From Macrostomum lignano (lineage: Eukaryota): DNA of 64,000 bases. The notes under the pieces are model-generated. The model was not told the DNA's origin. It did not search any database and saw only the letters and a program-made list of their open reading frames with translations. Positions 35,101 through 47,927 of the stretch are shown piece after piece (positions within the stretch are counted from its first letter, which is position 1; every line of letters begins with the position of its first letter). A program made the position numbers and the translations under genes. The stretch is taken from assembly GCA_002269645.1 (NCBI GenBank), contig NIVC01000538.1, positions 372,001-436,000 of the forward strand. Reading direction: 5' to 3'.

Positions 35101-36456
35101 GGGGCCCGGGAGCTGCAGATCCTGCGCCGGTTCACCAGCCGGGTGTTCGCCAGTCCCAGCCGGCACTGCATGGACGGCAAGGCCTGCAGGGAGGAGATCA
35201 CCTACCCGAACATCTTCTTCAGCGTGCACAACTATGATGAGCTATTCGCCGACTGTGTTGTTAGGGACTCCGAGCTGCTCTGCGTTGAGCTGGTGGCCTG
35301 CGACCGGCGGGGACGCCTGCAGGTGCGATTGGTGGGGAGAAGTAGGTATGGGGACTAAGAGAAGTAGGTATGGGGACTGGGAGAAGTAGGTATGGGGACT
35401 GGGAGAAGTAGGTATGGGGACTGGGAGAAGTAGGTATGGGGACTGGGAGAAGTAGGTATGGGGACTGGGAGAAGTAGGTAGAGATTGGGAGAAGTAGGTA
35501 GGTACATGCATGTAGATAGAGACAGGAGCGGAGAGGAGCGGAGAGACAGGAGTACTCATAGAGACAGGAGCGGAGAGGAGCGGAGAGACAGGAGTACTCA
35601 TAGAGACAGGAGCGGAGAAGCAGGTGTGCGAGTCTAAACAGAGTGGTACAGCACACTGGGTCATAAATCTAAAAAACTGAAATTGCCTCGCCAATCAGGG
35701 AGTTCTGTTCCTGGGCAGCATCCGGTACGAGTCGGTGCTGGAGGTGTACCAGGCCAGGGCTGGCGGCGGCACCAGAGGCGGCAGCTCTTCGTCCGCCCCG
35801 GCCGGCGGTCAGGCGCCGTCCGGCTGGCTATTCCGGTCAGTCTCGGCCGCTTCCTCTGCCTCGGTTGGCCGGCGCCGGGTGGAGTTCCTGCGGATGCGCG
35901 GGCCGCACGGCAAGGGCCACGCCGAGGTCGCCGTGACGGCGGCGCCGGCGCCAGTCGGTGAAGACGGCGCCTCTCAGCGGGAGTCCAGGCGGGAGCGGCG
36001 ACTGTCGGGGGGAGTCGGCGGCGTCGGCGGCTTCCGCGGCGGCGGGATGAAGAAGTCGCGCTCGGACTCCGCCAATATCGACTCGACGGGAGGCGGCGGC
36101 GGCGGCGAGGTGCCCCCGCAGTCCGGCGCTCCCGACGGGCCCGATTTCGGCCAGCCAGCAGCGAAGTCGAGGCCCGCGACATCGAAGAAGAATTTGGCGA
36201 CGAAGACGGCGACGGCGAGGCCGCCGAGCCAGCGGCTGACGACGGCGGAGCTGCCGGCGGTGGCAGCGGCGGTGTCTGGCAGATCGGCAAGTCGTTCGGG
36301 CAGGCGTGGCACTGGTTCAAGGAGCGGCGGCGTGCCGGCTCCGTGTCGCTGAGCGCATGCCTCACTTACGTGTCGCTGCCATGGCACCGCATTGTGGCCG
36401 ACTTGCTAGACACCCGGCAGCAGCCAGTGCTGGCGTTTGACCTGCCCGCTGGCTGA
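32197..36456 (+). CDS. KIAA0930: KIAA0930 (C22orf9)-like conserved protein; apparent -1 frameshift near 36151
   Basis: Exons 32197-32646, 34966-35322 and 35699-36456. Motifs: KDDLVFYVRR, EESVYLNLIMQ, VFASPSRHCMDGK, YPNIFF, CVELVA, GSIRYE, EFLRMRGPHGKGHAEVAV, MKKSRS. The conserved tail SEVEA..GKSFGQAWHWFKERRRA..LTYVSLPWHRIVADLL is in the -1 frame. Confidence 0.88.
32780..33725. repeat. Adjacent 26-bp (GAGTCGCAGAGTGAGAGTCAGAGAGA) and 14-bp (GAGAACTGGTCAGA) arrays
   Basis: Directly visible; the unit switches near 33145. Confidence 0.92.
34355..34900. repeat. 33-bp minisatellite with palindrome TTCTCATGAGAA
   Basis: CATGAGAAACAGATCTCAGTGCCGTGAGATTCT units. Confidence 0.92.
35335..35625. repeat. 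22-bp repeat GGGAGAAGTAGGTATGGGGACT plus a short GA-rich repeat in a KIAA0930 intron
   Basis: Directly visible. Confidence 0.8.
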
Positions 36457-36459
36457 GTG

Positions 36460-37115
36460 TCTTTGTTCTCATAGTCTTTGTCCGCGTCTTTGTTCCCATA
36501 GTCTTTGTCCGCGTCTTTGTTCCCATAGTCTTTGCCCGCGTCTTTGTTACCATAGTCTTTGTCCGCGTCTTTGTTCCCATAGTCTTTGTCTGCGTCTTTG
36601 TTCCCATAGTCTTTGTCCGCGTCTTTGTTCCCATAGTCTTTGTCCGCGTCTTTGTTCCCATAGTCTTTGTCCGCGTCTTTGTTCCCATAGTCTTTGTCCG
36701 CGTCTTTGTTCCCATAGTCTTTGTCCGCGTCTTTGTTCCCATAGTCTTTGTCCGCGTCTTTGTTCCCATAGTCTTTGTCCGCGTCTTTGTTCCCATAGTC
36801 TTTGTCTGTGTGTCTTTGTTCTCAGAGTCTTTGTTCTCAGAGTCTTTGTCCGTGTCTCTTTGTTCCCAGAGTCTTTGTCCGTGTGTCTTTGTTCCCAGAG
36901 TTTTTTTCCGTGTGTCTCTGTCCCCAGAGTCTGTCCCTGTCTGTTCCCAGAGTCTGTCCAGGTGTTTTTGTTCCCGAAATCTTTGTCCGTATCTTTGTTT
37001 CCAGAGTCTGTCAATGTGTCCCTGTCCGCAGAGTCTGTCCATGTGTCCCTGTCCCCAGAGTCTGTCCATGTGTCCCTGTCCGCAGAGTCTGTCCATGTGT
37101 CCCTGTCCCCAGAGT
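36460..37115. repeat. 27-bp repeat GTCTTTGTCCGCGTCTTTGTTCCCATA and degenerate derivatives directly after the KIAA0930 stop
   Basis: Directly visible. Confidence 0.88.
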
Positions 37116-37464
37116 CTGTCACTTATTCTCTGTCCCCATTTTGCTTGAGTCTATCTATGTTGGCATTCCCGTCTCTGTGGCTCTTTATCCGAGCTCTCAG
37201 ATTGATAGCAAATCCAAGTAGCAGTTAATTTATTAACAGGAATTTAGGCCGCTCATTACGCGCATGCCATCATTTACCTGTAGTTCTTGCCATAGCACAG
37301 TCAGTATAGATCATGTATATGTTCCTATGTATCGTTGTGTCTGTGTGCGTTCGCGTGTGTATGACTGCCAATAATACTATTGATTATTCTAAAGTGGATT
37401 CCGGCAAATGAGATGAAGGAAAGATAGGGAGAAGAAAAGTATGAGAGATAGTAAGGTGACTTTA

Positions 37465-38675
37465 AGGGAGAGTAAGAGGGAGAGAGGAGAAAGAGGGAGA
37501 GAGGAGAAAGAGGGAGAGAGGAGAAAGAGGGAGAGAGGAGAAAGAGGGAGGGAGGGGAAAGAGGGAGAGAGGGGGGAAAGAGAGAGAGAGGGGAAAGAAA
37601 GAGGGGAAAGATAGAGAGGGGAAAGATAGAGAGAGAGGGGAAGGAGAGAGAGAGGGGAAAGAGAGAGGGGAAAGAGAGAGGGGAAAGAGAGAGAGGGGAA
37701 AGAGAGAGAGAGGGGAAGGAGAGAGAGAGGGGAAAGATAGAGAGAGGGGAAAGAGAGAGAGAGGGGAAAGATAGAGAGGGGAAAGAGAGAGAGAGGGGGG
37801 AAAGAGAGAGAGAGGGGAAAGATAGAGAGGGGAAAGAGAGAGAGAGGGGGGAAAGAGAGAGGGGAAAGATAGAGAGGGGAAAGAGAGAGAGAGGGGGGAA
37901 AGAGAGAGAGAGGGGAAAGATAGAGAGGGGAAAGAGAGAGAGAGGGGGGAAAGAGAGAGAGAGGGGAAAGATAGAGAGGGGAAAGAGAGAGAGAGGGGGG
38001 AAAGAGAGAGAGAGGGGAAGGAGAGAGAGGGGAAAGATAGAGAGAGGGGAAAGAGAGAGAGAGGGGGGAAAGAGAGAGAGAGGGGAAAGATAGAGAGGGG
38101 AAAGAGAGAGAGAGGGGGAAAGAGAGAGAGAGGGGAAAGATAGAGAGGGGAAAGAGAGAGAGAGGGGGAAAGAGAGAGAGAGGGGAAAGATAGAGAGGGG
38201 AAAGAGAGAGAGAGGGGGGAAAGAGAGAGAGAGGGGGGAAAGATAGAGAGGGGAAAGAGAGAGAGAGGGGGAAAGAGAGAGAGAGGGGGAAAGATAGAGA
38301 GGGGAAAGAGAGAGAGAGGGGGGAAAGAGAGAGAGAGGGGAAAGATAGAGAGGGGAAAGAGAGAGAGAGGGGGGAAAGAGAGAGAGAGGGGAAAGATAGA
38401 GAGGGGAAAGAGAGAGAGAGGGGGAAAGAGAGAGAGAGGGGAAAGATAGAGAGGGGAAAGAGAGAGAGAGGGGGAAAGAGAGAGAGGGGGGAAAGATAGA
38501 GAGGGGAAAGAGAGAGAGAGGGGGGAAAGAGAGAGAGGGGGAAAGATAGAGAGGGGAAGGAGAGAGAGAGAGGGGAAAGATAGAGAGAGGGGAAAGAGAG
38601 AGAGAGAGGGGAAAGATAGAGAGGGGAAAGAGAGAGAGAGAGGGGAAAGATAGAGAGGGGAAAGAGAGAGAGAGG
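37465..38675. repeat. Polypurine GA-rich low-complexity repeat
   Basis: GAGAGGGGAAAGATA-type units. Confidence 0.92.
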
Positions 38676-39261
38676 GTAACGATGAATAGAATAGTAAGGA
38701 GGGAGAGGGCCAGGAGGGAGTGAGATGAGGCATGAAGCAGCTGCCATGTCCAGCGCAAAGTTTCGCAATCAGACCGAATGCCAAGCAGTGTGCTCATCTT
38801 GTCCCGTGTTTTTTCATTATTTATCGTGCCGCTTTTTTGGTCTTTTGGTGTTCATTTTTTCCTGTTGTTTCTTCTCTGTGATTCCCAGCTGACAAGTTTA
38901 CTAGTCAGCTTCGTACTTACATAGTCCAGCCGTGTCCGTGTGCGCTGCATTTCTGTTAACCTTATTTATCTGTCAGCTGTTCTTGTCGATTGTTTAGTGC
39001 AACTGTTTTTGTGTTGTCTGAGATTTTTATAATAATTTCATTTCATTTATCTTTGTTCATCAGGCTGTTTAGTGAAAAGTTCTTCTGGTTCAAGTTGAAT
39101 CAAAGTAACGTCACTTTAGATTTTATTGAGATGGCCGTGATATCTGAATGCACAAATATACTCTGCATACATACTTCTTACTCGTGAGATCCTATAAACC
39201 TTAACTGCTCTTTGCATTAGGGCTCTTCTGCCGCTTTGTTTACTTGCCGAAATCCCACTAC

Positions 39262-40308
39262 TATCCGATCCCTGACCCCACTATCCGATCCCATCCCTAA
39301 CCCCACTATCCGATCCCATCCCTAACCCCACTATCCGATCCCTGACCCCACTGTCCCATCCCTGATCCCATTGTACCATCTCTGATCCCACTGTCCCATC
39401 CCTGATCCCATTGTCCCATCTCTGATCCTCTGTCCCATCCCTGACCCCACTGTCCCATCCCTGAACCCACTGTCCCATCCCTGAACCCACTGTCCCATCC
39501 CTGAACCCACTGTCCCATCCCTGAACCCACTGTCCCATCCCTGACCCCACTGTCCCATCCCTGACCACACTGTCCCATCCCTGACCCCACTGTCCCATCC
39601 TTGACCCCACTGTCCCATCCTTGATCCCACTGTCCCATCCCTGACCCCGCTGTCCCATCCCTGACCCCACTGTCCCATCCCTGACCCCGCTGTCCCATCC
39701 CTGACCCCACTGTCCCATCCCTGACCCCACTGTCCCATCCCTGACCCCACTGTCCCATCCTTGACCCCACTGTCCCATCCCTGACCCCACTGTCCCATCC
39801 CTGACCCCACTGTCCCATCCCTGATCCCGCTGTCCCATCCCTGACCCCACTGTCCCATCCCTGACCCCACTGTCCCATCCCTGACCCCACTGTCCCATCC
39901 CTGACCCCACTGTCCCATCCTTGATCCCACTGTCCCATCCCTGACCCCACTGTCCCATCCCTGACCCCACTGTCCCATCCCTGACCCCACTGTCCCATCC
40001 CTGACCCCACTGTCCCATCCCTGACCCCACTGTCCCATCCCTGACCCCACTGTCCCATCCTTGATCCCACTGTCCCATCCCTGACCCCACTGTCCCATCC
40101 CTGACCCCACTGTCCCATCCCTGACCCCACTGTCCCATCCCTGACCCCACTGTCCCATCCCTGACCCCACTGTCCCATCCCTGACCCCACTGTCCCATCC
40201 TTGACCCCACTGTCCCATCCCTGACCCCACTGTCCCATCCCTGACCCCACTGTCCCATCCTTGACCCCACTGTCCCATCCCTGAACCCACTGTCCCATCC
40301 CTGACCCC
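39262..40308. repeat. 20-bp minisatellite CTGACCCCACTGTCCCATCC
   Basis: Directly visible. Confidence 0.95.
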
Positions 40309-40835
40309 GAAATATCTGATTCACTGTGCTGACCCCGCGGGTGAGCCCTGGATTCCGTATTGAATGAAGTTGCAGTTTTCGAGCCAATTCAAAAGTTCGA
40401 AAGGTCGGCCAAATTTAGTTCTGAAAAGGGGTCAAGCAAATTAGCAGATAGATTATCTTATTTTACACCCTTTTTGCAGTCTATCTACTGCGTCAGGTGC
40501 TTGTGTTGGCACTATAAAACTTCTTTATCAGTGCTTTCCTGCTCCTAATAAAACACCTCATGACAGGTCTCTGTGCGACCCGTTTTCCGCCACCTTTTTT
40601 ACCTGTGTTTTTTCAGCTACTGAATCTTTTCCGTTGCTTGTCAGCGGAATAAATCACGGTCTGCTGATAATGCCAGGTGTTGAGAGCGGGCTGTCTCTTA
40701 ATGACAGTGAACCAGGTGCCAAAGCTCACGCTTGTAAAAATGCTGCCAGAGATTAACAATAGAGATAAGCAGGGGCGCTGCTCTCACTGCACTGCACGCG
40801 ACTGCATTGTGATCTGCGCTTGCTGAGAATATAAT

Positions 40836-41402
40836 GGATTGCTAATCTAGCCAGCATCACAAATAAAAGAATAGAATGGATTGCTAATCTAGCCAGCATC
40901 ACAAATAAAAGAATAGAATGGATTGCTAATCTAGCCAGCATCACAAATAAAAGAATAGAATGGATTGCTAATCTAGCCAGCATCACAAATAAAAGAATAG
41001 AATGGATTGCTAATCTAGCCAGCATCACAAATAAAAGAATAGAATGGATTGCTAATCTAGCCAACATCACAAATAAAAGAATAGAATGGATTGCTAATCT
41101 AGCCAGCATCACAAATAAAAGAATAGAATGGATTGCTAATCTAGCCAGCATCACAAATAAAAGAATAGAATGGATTGCTAATCTAGCCAGCATCACAAAT
41201 AAAAGAATAGAATGGATTGCTAGTCTAGCCAGCATCACAAATAAAAGAATAGAATGGATTGCTAATCTAGCCAACATCACAAATAAAAGAATAGAATGGA
41301 TTGCTAATCCAGCCAGCATCAATGATGAAGGAATAGAATGGATTGCTGATCTAGCCAGCATCAATGATGAAGGAATAGAATGGATTGCTGATCTAGCCAA
41401 CG
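40836..41402 (-). repeat. 42-bp minisatellite family, copy 2 (inverted, CTTTTATTTGT variant)
   Basis: Reverse complement of the unit at 570-1138. Confidence 0.93.
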
Positions 41403-41958
41403 CCGTGAAAATATAAAGAGAAAGGATTGCAATGCAGTCCAGTTCAAAGGCAGCAGTTAAAAAGTCTCCACTTGTCAGTCACTGTGCTGGATCATGCGCT
41501 TCCTGGAAAACTAGAACATGAGAATAAAGTGCTGAGTGCTCAGGGGCCGTGCCAGTTGCAGTGATCGCGGAAACCGGATTCTAGAAGTGCACCGACTGCA
41601 TGAATTTAACCAGAGAACCAGAAACGCCTTGACGGTCTGGGCGGCATCGCGTGCGGTTGGTTAATCTCCTCAAACCGGCGCCCTGGCCGCTGGCGTTTGC
41701 TAAAAGAATTGGCATCAAAATTGACAAAAGCTCTTCTTATTCTTTTGTCTTTTTTGAGTAGAGCCAAGCGGAAACCACGTGAGAGAATAATATCCTTCCC
41801 CATTCTTAGCGCCACACTCTGCTTTTAGGGAACTTTCTATATTGATCCAGTTTGAGCTGGCCTCTCCCAATGTTGCTGCGGAGAAGGGGCACTGTTCAGA
41901 CCAGAATGAGCAGGACTCAGTCCGCACCCACCCGCTGACTCTCTGTTGATTGGCAGGT

Positions 41959-42550
41959 CCAACTGAGTTATTATTTCAAGTCGCTATTCATGTTGCAGAG
42001 TCGCGCTCGACCGCAGACTGCTGGGACTGGGGGTTTTGATCCGTTTCAGTCTGAGTTCCAGTTGCTGCTGCAGGCAATTTCTTTGCACAACTTTCCTGGA
42101 ATCGCCCCGTTGACTACCCCAAGAGACCAAAAAGGTCACCAGCAGGTGTTGGGATTTTTCCACTCTCAAGTGAGCCGATGACTCGGGGTGAGGGGGGGGG
42201 GCAGTTCGCATAGCACGCAAGACCTAAGATGCTCAATTGTTAAATAGCTGCTAGGGGCCCAGCTCATCGGAGAATAGCAAGAGGGTGCACAATGGAGGTC
42301 GCATTGTCTCGCCATCGCCTTCAAGGCGAGCCGCTAGACTGCCTCACACAGCAGAGCCGTGCTGCTAAAGCCCCTGGCTGGGACTGTCTGTACAACTTTA
42401 CCTGCTTTTTCTTTCTTTTTCCACGCGCCCTGGACCTGGAATTTTTTCGCCACAAACTCATTCTCTTCATTATCTAAACTCATAGGCGGGGGGGGGGGCA
42501 ACTCGGCTGGGACCGCCCCCCCGGCCTCGATTTTTTTAAAACTCAGTTGG
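41959..42550. mobile_element. Possible non-autonomous DNA transposon
   Basis: 11-bp inverted termini CCAACTGAGTT (41959) and AACTCAGTTGG (to 42550), with GGT on both outer sides (possible 3-bp TSD). The short match could be chance. Confidence 0.35.
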
Positions 42551-43001
42551 GGTCAGTTTCAATTTGTTTAAATTTGCCTGCCTTCTCATTGTGTTGTGCG
42601 CTTATTAATGCCAGTAAAGTGTCATTCGAATAGCCAACTGCACTTGGTAGGCAGCTCTTAGCGAACTAGTTTCATATGACTACTTAAGCATTTTCGCCTG
42701 ACAAACCTTAATTGCCGAATAAACATATCAAGGACAGCAGCAACTTTGGTTAACAAACAGGCAAGCAAGAAAATTAAATTTCTCGTAGAAAAGATTATTC
42801 TGAGCAGCTGGAGAGCAGCCAGGACTGTCCTGATTGGGCGACCAGCACAGGCAGCCAGTCAAGTTGTTGCCAGGCGCTTTGCCTGACCTATTTAAATCCA
42901 GCTAGCCGGCTTGAACCAGCAAACTCGCTCGCAACTCCCTTGCCAATTGTCAGGACAAACAACAGCCCCTATCTACGAGACCCTCTTTAGTCAGGTTTGA
43001 A

Positions 43002-46000
43002 ATGGTCAATTTCGACAATGTCCTTCGCCGCATTGGCGAATTCGGCAAGGCCCAGATTCTGCTCTACATCCTCATTGGGATTTGCGGCATCCCGACTGGT
43101 GAGCAGAACTTGTCCTCGGTGTTCACCGGCGCCTCCCAGGAGCACTGGTGCCGCGTGGCCCAGCTGGAGCACCTGCCCGTGGAGACTCGCAAGAACATCA
43201 GCATCCCGCTGGGTAGCGACGGCTCCTTCGAGCGATGCCGCCGGTTCGCGGACATCGACCTGCTGCTCAGCAACGGGTCCACTGTCGGCTACTCAACCGA
43301 CGATGGCGCCGGTGGCAATTCCTCGGCCAAGCGGATGCTGCTGGACTGCCAGGAATGGGAATATGACCGGACTTCAATCTACTCTACGGTGGGATCACAG
43401 GTGAGATTTTCGGAGCCATTGAGCCTGTTCATTGCCAACTGACCAACACTGGTCTCTGTTCCGCCTTCCCCAGTTCAATCTGGTCTGCAAACGCTCGTTC
43501 GCCGTCAAGATGATCACCTCGATCTACATGTCCGGCTTCCTCCTGGGGTGCACCCTAAGCGGCCTGGTGTCCGACAGGTAAGAAAGTACTGGGGTCGATT
43601 GTACTGTACTACTTACTGACTTTCCGTTCCAAAGCCTTAGTCAACGTTGAATTAGTCGAAACCATTTATTAATCACTTCAGTAAAACAAAATTGATCATA
43701 AGTAACTGAACTGTCTGAAATTCTATTAATGTTGTGCGCGATCTGTCGCACCTGTCACACTGTTCTCTGTTCTTTCGTCTTTTGCATAACTTATCGTTTA
43801 CTTTTGTTTGGTAGATTACATCGAACTCGAATTCAGTATTGCTAAATATTCAACAACCTTCAAATGTTATCAAACTGATTTAGACACTCGTTTAATTAAA
43901 GTTAATGTAACGTTAATTTTAATAAACCAGCCTAAATTTGTTGCTGATGCGTTACACAGTAATTTCTCTTGATATTGGATCCATCAGAATCGGGCGCATC
44001 AAAACGGTGGCCATCACAGCGGTTGGCCAAGCGGTATTCGGCCTATTGGCCGCTCTGATTCCTGTCCTGGGCATCCACATCGCCTGCCGATTTTTGGTTG
44101 GAGCCTGCACGGCCGGCACTTTCACCACTGCCTTCGTTATCTGTGAGTTTCGCTTGCGCATGGCTGGGTTTATATACAATTGTACATGGGCCCGTGGGGC
44201 TGGTTGAGTTGGCTTGATAAGATAGATATTAAACAACCCCCCTATTTCCGTCCCCTCACTCTACGTCTACCCCTTGCCATGTGTACATGTACACCAAGCA
44301 ATGTACATTTAGTCCGCCGAAATAGTCTATGATGATAACAACTCTTCTCTCCCCTCTCCCCACTATCTAGTTTTGCTTGTACATGCTTCGGTGGGTTGAT
44401 GTACAATGCAGAGTGTATGCAGACTACAAGAATAGTGGGGAGAGGGGAGAGAAGAGTTGTTATCATCATTAGACTATTTCGGCGGACTAAATGTACATTG
44501 CTTGGTTGATGTACGAGTACACGTTTCAAGGGATAGAGTGAAGTGATGGACATAGAGGGGGGTTGTTTGTTTTTCAGCCAGCTAAACAGACAGCCCCTGC
44601 CCTATGTACATTGTGCCATTACAGTCTAGCTAAGGAGGATCTTGCGAAAATCGTTGCTAAAAAATAATTGAATGAAGATTTTCTGCTAATGCGAGTTAAA
44701 TAGAAAGAGGTTCCTAAATATATCTATATTTTTGGGGGTTTTGCTTCGTTTCCTATTTCTTTTTATCTGATAATAATATTAAATTTTCCCGCATTACCAC
44801 TTCTTGAGAGAAAAGTTTAAGTGATAAGCGCAGTTAGATTTTTTGTGGCAAATTTGTATTCGAAGCATAGGTTCATTTAATAATGAAAAACCTTCCCGCA
44901 GCCATGGAAATTATCGGGCCCAAGTACCGCATGCAGCCCGGTATCTTTGTTCAGGGCTTCTTCGCTGCCGGCTTCATTCTAATTGCCTGTCTGGCCTACT
45001 TCATTAGAAATCACGTGACCCTGCAAATTGTCGTGGCTCTGCAGCCGCTTATTTTCGTGCTATACTACTGGTGAGTAGAAAAATCGCAAAAACCGGCGCC
45101 GAGGAATGCGCTGAGGTTAGAAATGTCAGAAGCAATACAGTTTGCTCTGAGCAGCGTAACGAACTGCCCAGACTCTTATCTAAGTGTTTAGTTTGCCATC
45201 AACTATTAGCTACTTAATTAGCTACTCCCTCAAAATTAGCTACTCCCTCACTCAGTCACTTACTTAGCCAGCTCACTCAGCAACTCAGCCACCTCACTCA
45301 CTCACTTACTTAGCCAGCTCACTCAGCAACTCAGCCACATCACTCAGTCACTTACTTAGCCAGCTCACTCAGCAACTCAGCCACCTCACTCAGTCACTTA
45401 CTTAGCCAGCTCACTCAGCAACTCAGCCACCTCACTCACTCACTTACTTAGCCAGCTCACTCAGCAACTCAGCCACATCACCCAGCAACTCAGCCAGCTC
45501 ACTCAGCAACTCAGCCAGCTAACTCGGTGACTCAGTAACTCAGGCACTCACTCAGCCACCAGGCACTCATTCAACCACCCAGCCACTCAGGCACTCACTC
45601 AGCCACCCAGGCACTCATTCAGCCACCCAGCCACTCAGGCACTCACTCAGCCACCCAGCCACTCAGGCACTCACTCAGCCACCCGCCCGCCTCCAAGGTT
45701 CTACCCCGAGTCGCCCCGCTGGCTGCTGTCGCAGGGTCGCTACGAGGAGGCCAGCGAAATCTGCAAGAGGCTGGCCAAACTCAACGGCAGAGAGCTGCCA
45801 GAAAACTTCTCCATCACAGAGGAGCCGTTTGAGATGGTGCGCTCCTTGGCAGCTAGCTAATCAAGTGTTTGAGTAGTATCATATGGTTTTCGCAAGGATT
45901 TTTTATTTTGAATTGACAATTTAGGACATACCGGACAAAAAAGTGAAGGCCAAGGAGGTCCACAAGCCGCAGGAGAAGAAGCAGAGAGGCACCATCCTTG

Positions 46001-47604
46001 ACCTGCTGAGGACGCCCAACATGCGGAAGCGAACTCTGAACGTCTTTTTTAGCTGGTGAGAGTCTCACCCTCCCTGCATCAGTCTCACCCTCCCTGCATC
46101 AGTCTCACCCTCCCTGCATCAGTCTCACCCTTCCTGCATCAGTCTCACCCTCCCTGCATCAGTCTCACCCTCCCTGCATCAGTCTCACCCTCCCTGCATC
46201 AGTCTCACCCTCCCTGCATCAGTCTCACCCTCCCTGCATCAGTCTCACCCTCCCTGAATCAATCTCAGGTTCGTGGTCAGCCTGTGCTACTACGGCCTGT
46301 CGCTGAACGCGGAGGACCTCGGCGGCAGCGTATACGTCAACACCATCATCTCCGGGCTGGTGGAGTTTCCCGCCTACGCGATGTGCTGCGTCACTCTGAA
46401 CCGGTTCGGCCGGGTGCGCATTCACGTGGCCAGCATGGTGACTGGCGGCGTGGGCTGCATCGCTGCCGCCTTTGTCGGTGAGCTGCTGACGAGTGGATTC
46501 GGCAGGGGTCTGAGGGATTCGGCAGGGGTCTGAGGGATTCGGCAGGGGTCTGAGGGATTCGGCAGGGGTCTGAGGGATTCGGCAAGGGTCTGAGGGATTC
46601 GGCAGGGGTCTGAGGGATTCGGCAGGGGTCTGAGGGATTCGGCAGGGGTCTGAGGGATTCGGCAGGGGTCTGAGGGATTCGGCAGGGGTCTGAGGGATTC
46701 GGCAGGGGTCTGAGGGATTCGGCAGGGGTCTGAGGGATTCGGCAGGGGTCTGAGGGATTCGGCAGGGGTCTGAGGGATTCGGCAGGGGTCTGAGGGATTC
46801 GGCAGGGGTCTGAGGGATTCGGCAGGGGTCTGAGGGATTCGGCAGGGGTCTGAGGGATTCGGCAGGGGTCTGAGGGATTCGGCAAGGGTCTGAAAGATTC
46901 GGGAAGATTTCACCGCACTTCAACTTCACCGCAGACATTTTTTGGCTGAAGATCACTTTGGCCAGCCTTGGCAAGTTCGCCGTCTCGGCAGCCTTCGCCA
47001 TCATCTACGTGTACTCGGCGGAGGTGTTCCCCACTGTTATCCGCAACGCTGGTGTCGGTATGGCCTCCACCTGCGCCAGGATTGGCGGCCTGCTGGCTCC
47101 GCAGATTGTGCTGCTGGTGAGCTGCGAAATTGCCTACTGAAAGTAGAAATATCAGTTAAAATCGCTATTTTGCTTACGGGCAATATAAATATAAGTGAAA
47201 ATCGCTTTTTGTCTACTGGCAGTAGAAATATCAGTTAAAATCGCTATTTTGCCTACTAAAAGTAGAAATATAAGTAAAAATCGCTAGTTTGCCTTCTGGC
47301 AGTAGGAATCAAAGCAAAACCGGCCTCTATCGCTGCAGAATGCTTTCTGGCAGCCGCTGCCGTTTGTGCTGATCGGCGCCCTGGCCGTCAGCGCCGGACT
47401 TCTCGCTCTGCTGCTGCCAGAAACTCTGCGCCAGCCGCTGCCGGAGACCATCGAGGACGGGGAGAACTTCGGACAGTGAGTCTTGATGACACGCTGGTGT
47501 CAGGTGTTCTGAGACTGTCTGAATAGATTAGTCTAATATCTCTTTAACAAACAAAACCTTGCAGGAGCAGAATCACTCAGGTGCAGCTGGAAATTGAGCC
47601 TTAA
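43002..47604 (+). CDS. SLC22-family organic cation/carnitine transporter (MFS)
   Basis: Ten phase-consistent exons: 43002-43400, 43474-43577, 43988-44142, 44902-45070, 45698-45836, 45925-46055, 46269-46477, 46935-47116, 47339-47475, 47565-47604 (TAA). Motifs: [78 protein letters not shown]. Confidence 0.95.
44231..44568. mobile_element. Foldback / MITE-like element in SLC22 intron 3
   Basis: Near-perfect inverted arms 44294-44366 and 44432-44505. Degenerate outer arms end in AAACAACCCC / GGGGTTGTTT. Confidence 0.75.
45250..45685. repeat. Degenerate CACTCAGCAACTCAGCCA-type repeat in SLC22 intron 4
   Basis: Directly visible. Confidence 0.8.
46060..46262. repeat. 20-bp array AGTCTCACCCTCCCTGCATC making up nearly all of SLC22 intron 6
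   Basis: Directly visible between donor 46056 and acceptor 46268. Confidence 0.93.
46495..46900. repeat. 20-bp array GATTCGGCAGGGGTCTGAGG making up nearly all of SLC22 intron 7
   Basis: Directly visible. Confidence 0.95.
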
Positions 47605-47927
47605 TCGGGACGAAAGGCTTTCTGGTTGCCACGGAAACAGCTTTCTGGCCAGACTATTTTTAGTATTTTATGAGATTTTTATGCAGATAGTCTTGGTGGT
47701 TTGTTGGTGGTATAGTGGCTTTCTGACAACCCTGATTAAAAGTTTTGTGCTGCTTTCTCTTGCGTGACGCAAAGCGGGCTATCCATATTTTTGCTTATTA
47801 AGATTCACTTTCTTTTGAAAAGGTTGCTGTCGGCCAGTTGATTACTAAAATATCGTTCCTGCGATTGCTATTCTTTTTCTAAGAAGATATTTCGTGTAGA
47901 GAGTGAAAGCAGGCATATCAAAAATAA

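Noticed and set aside
36120-36160. Programmed -1 ribosomal frameshift in KIAA0930
   Set aside because: There is no slippery heptamer, and a single homopolymer deletion explains it more simply.
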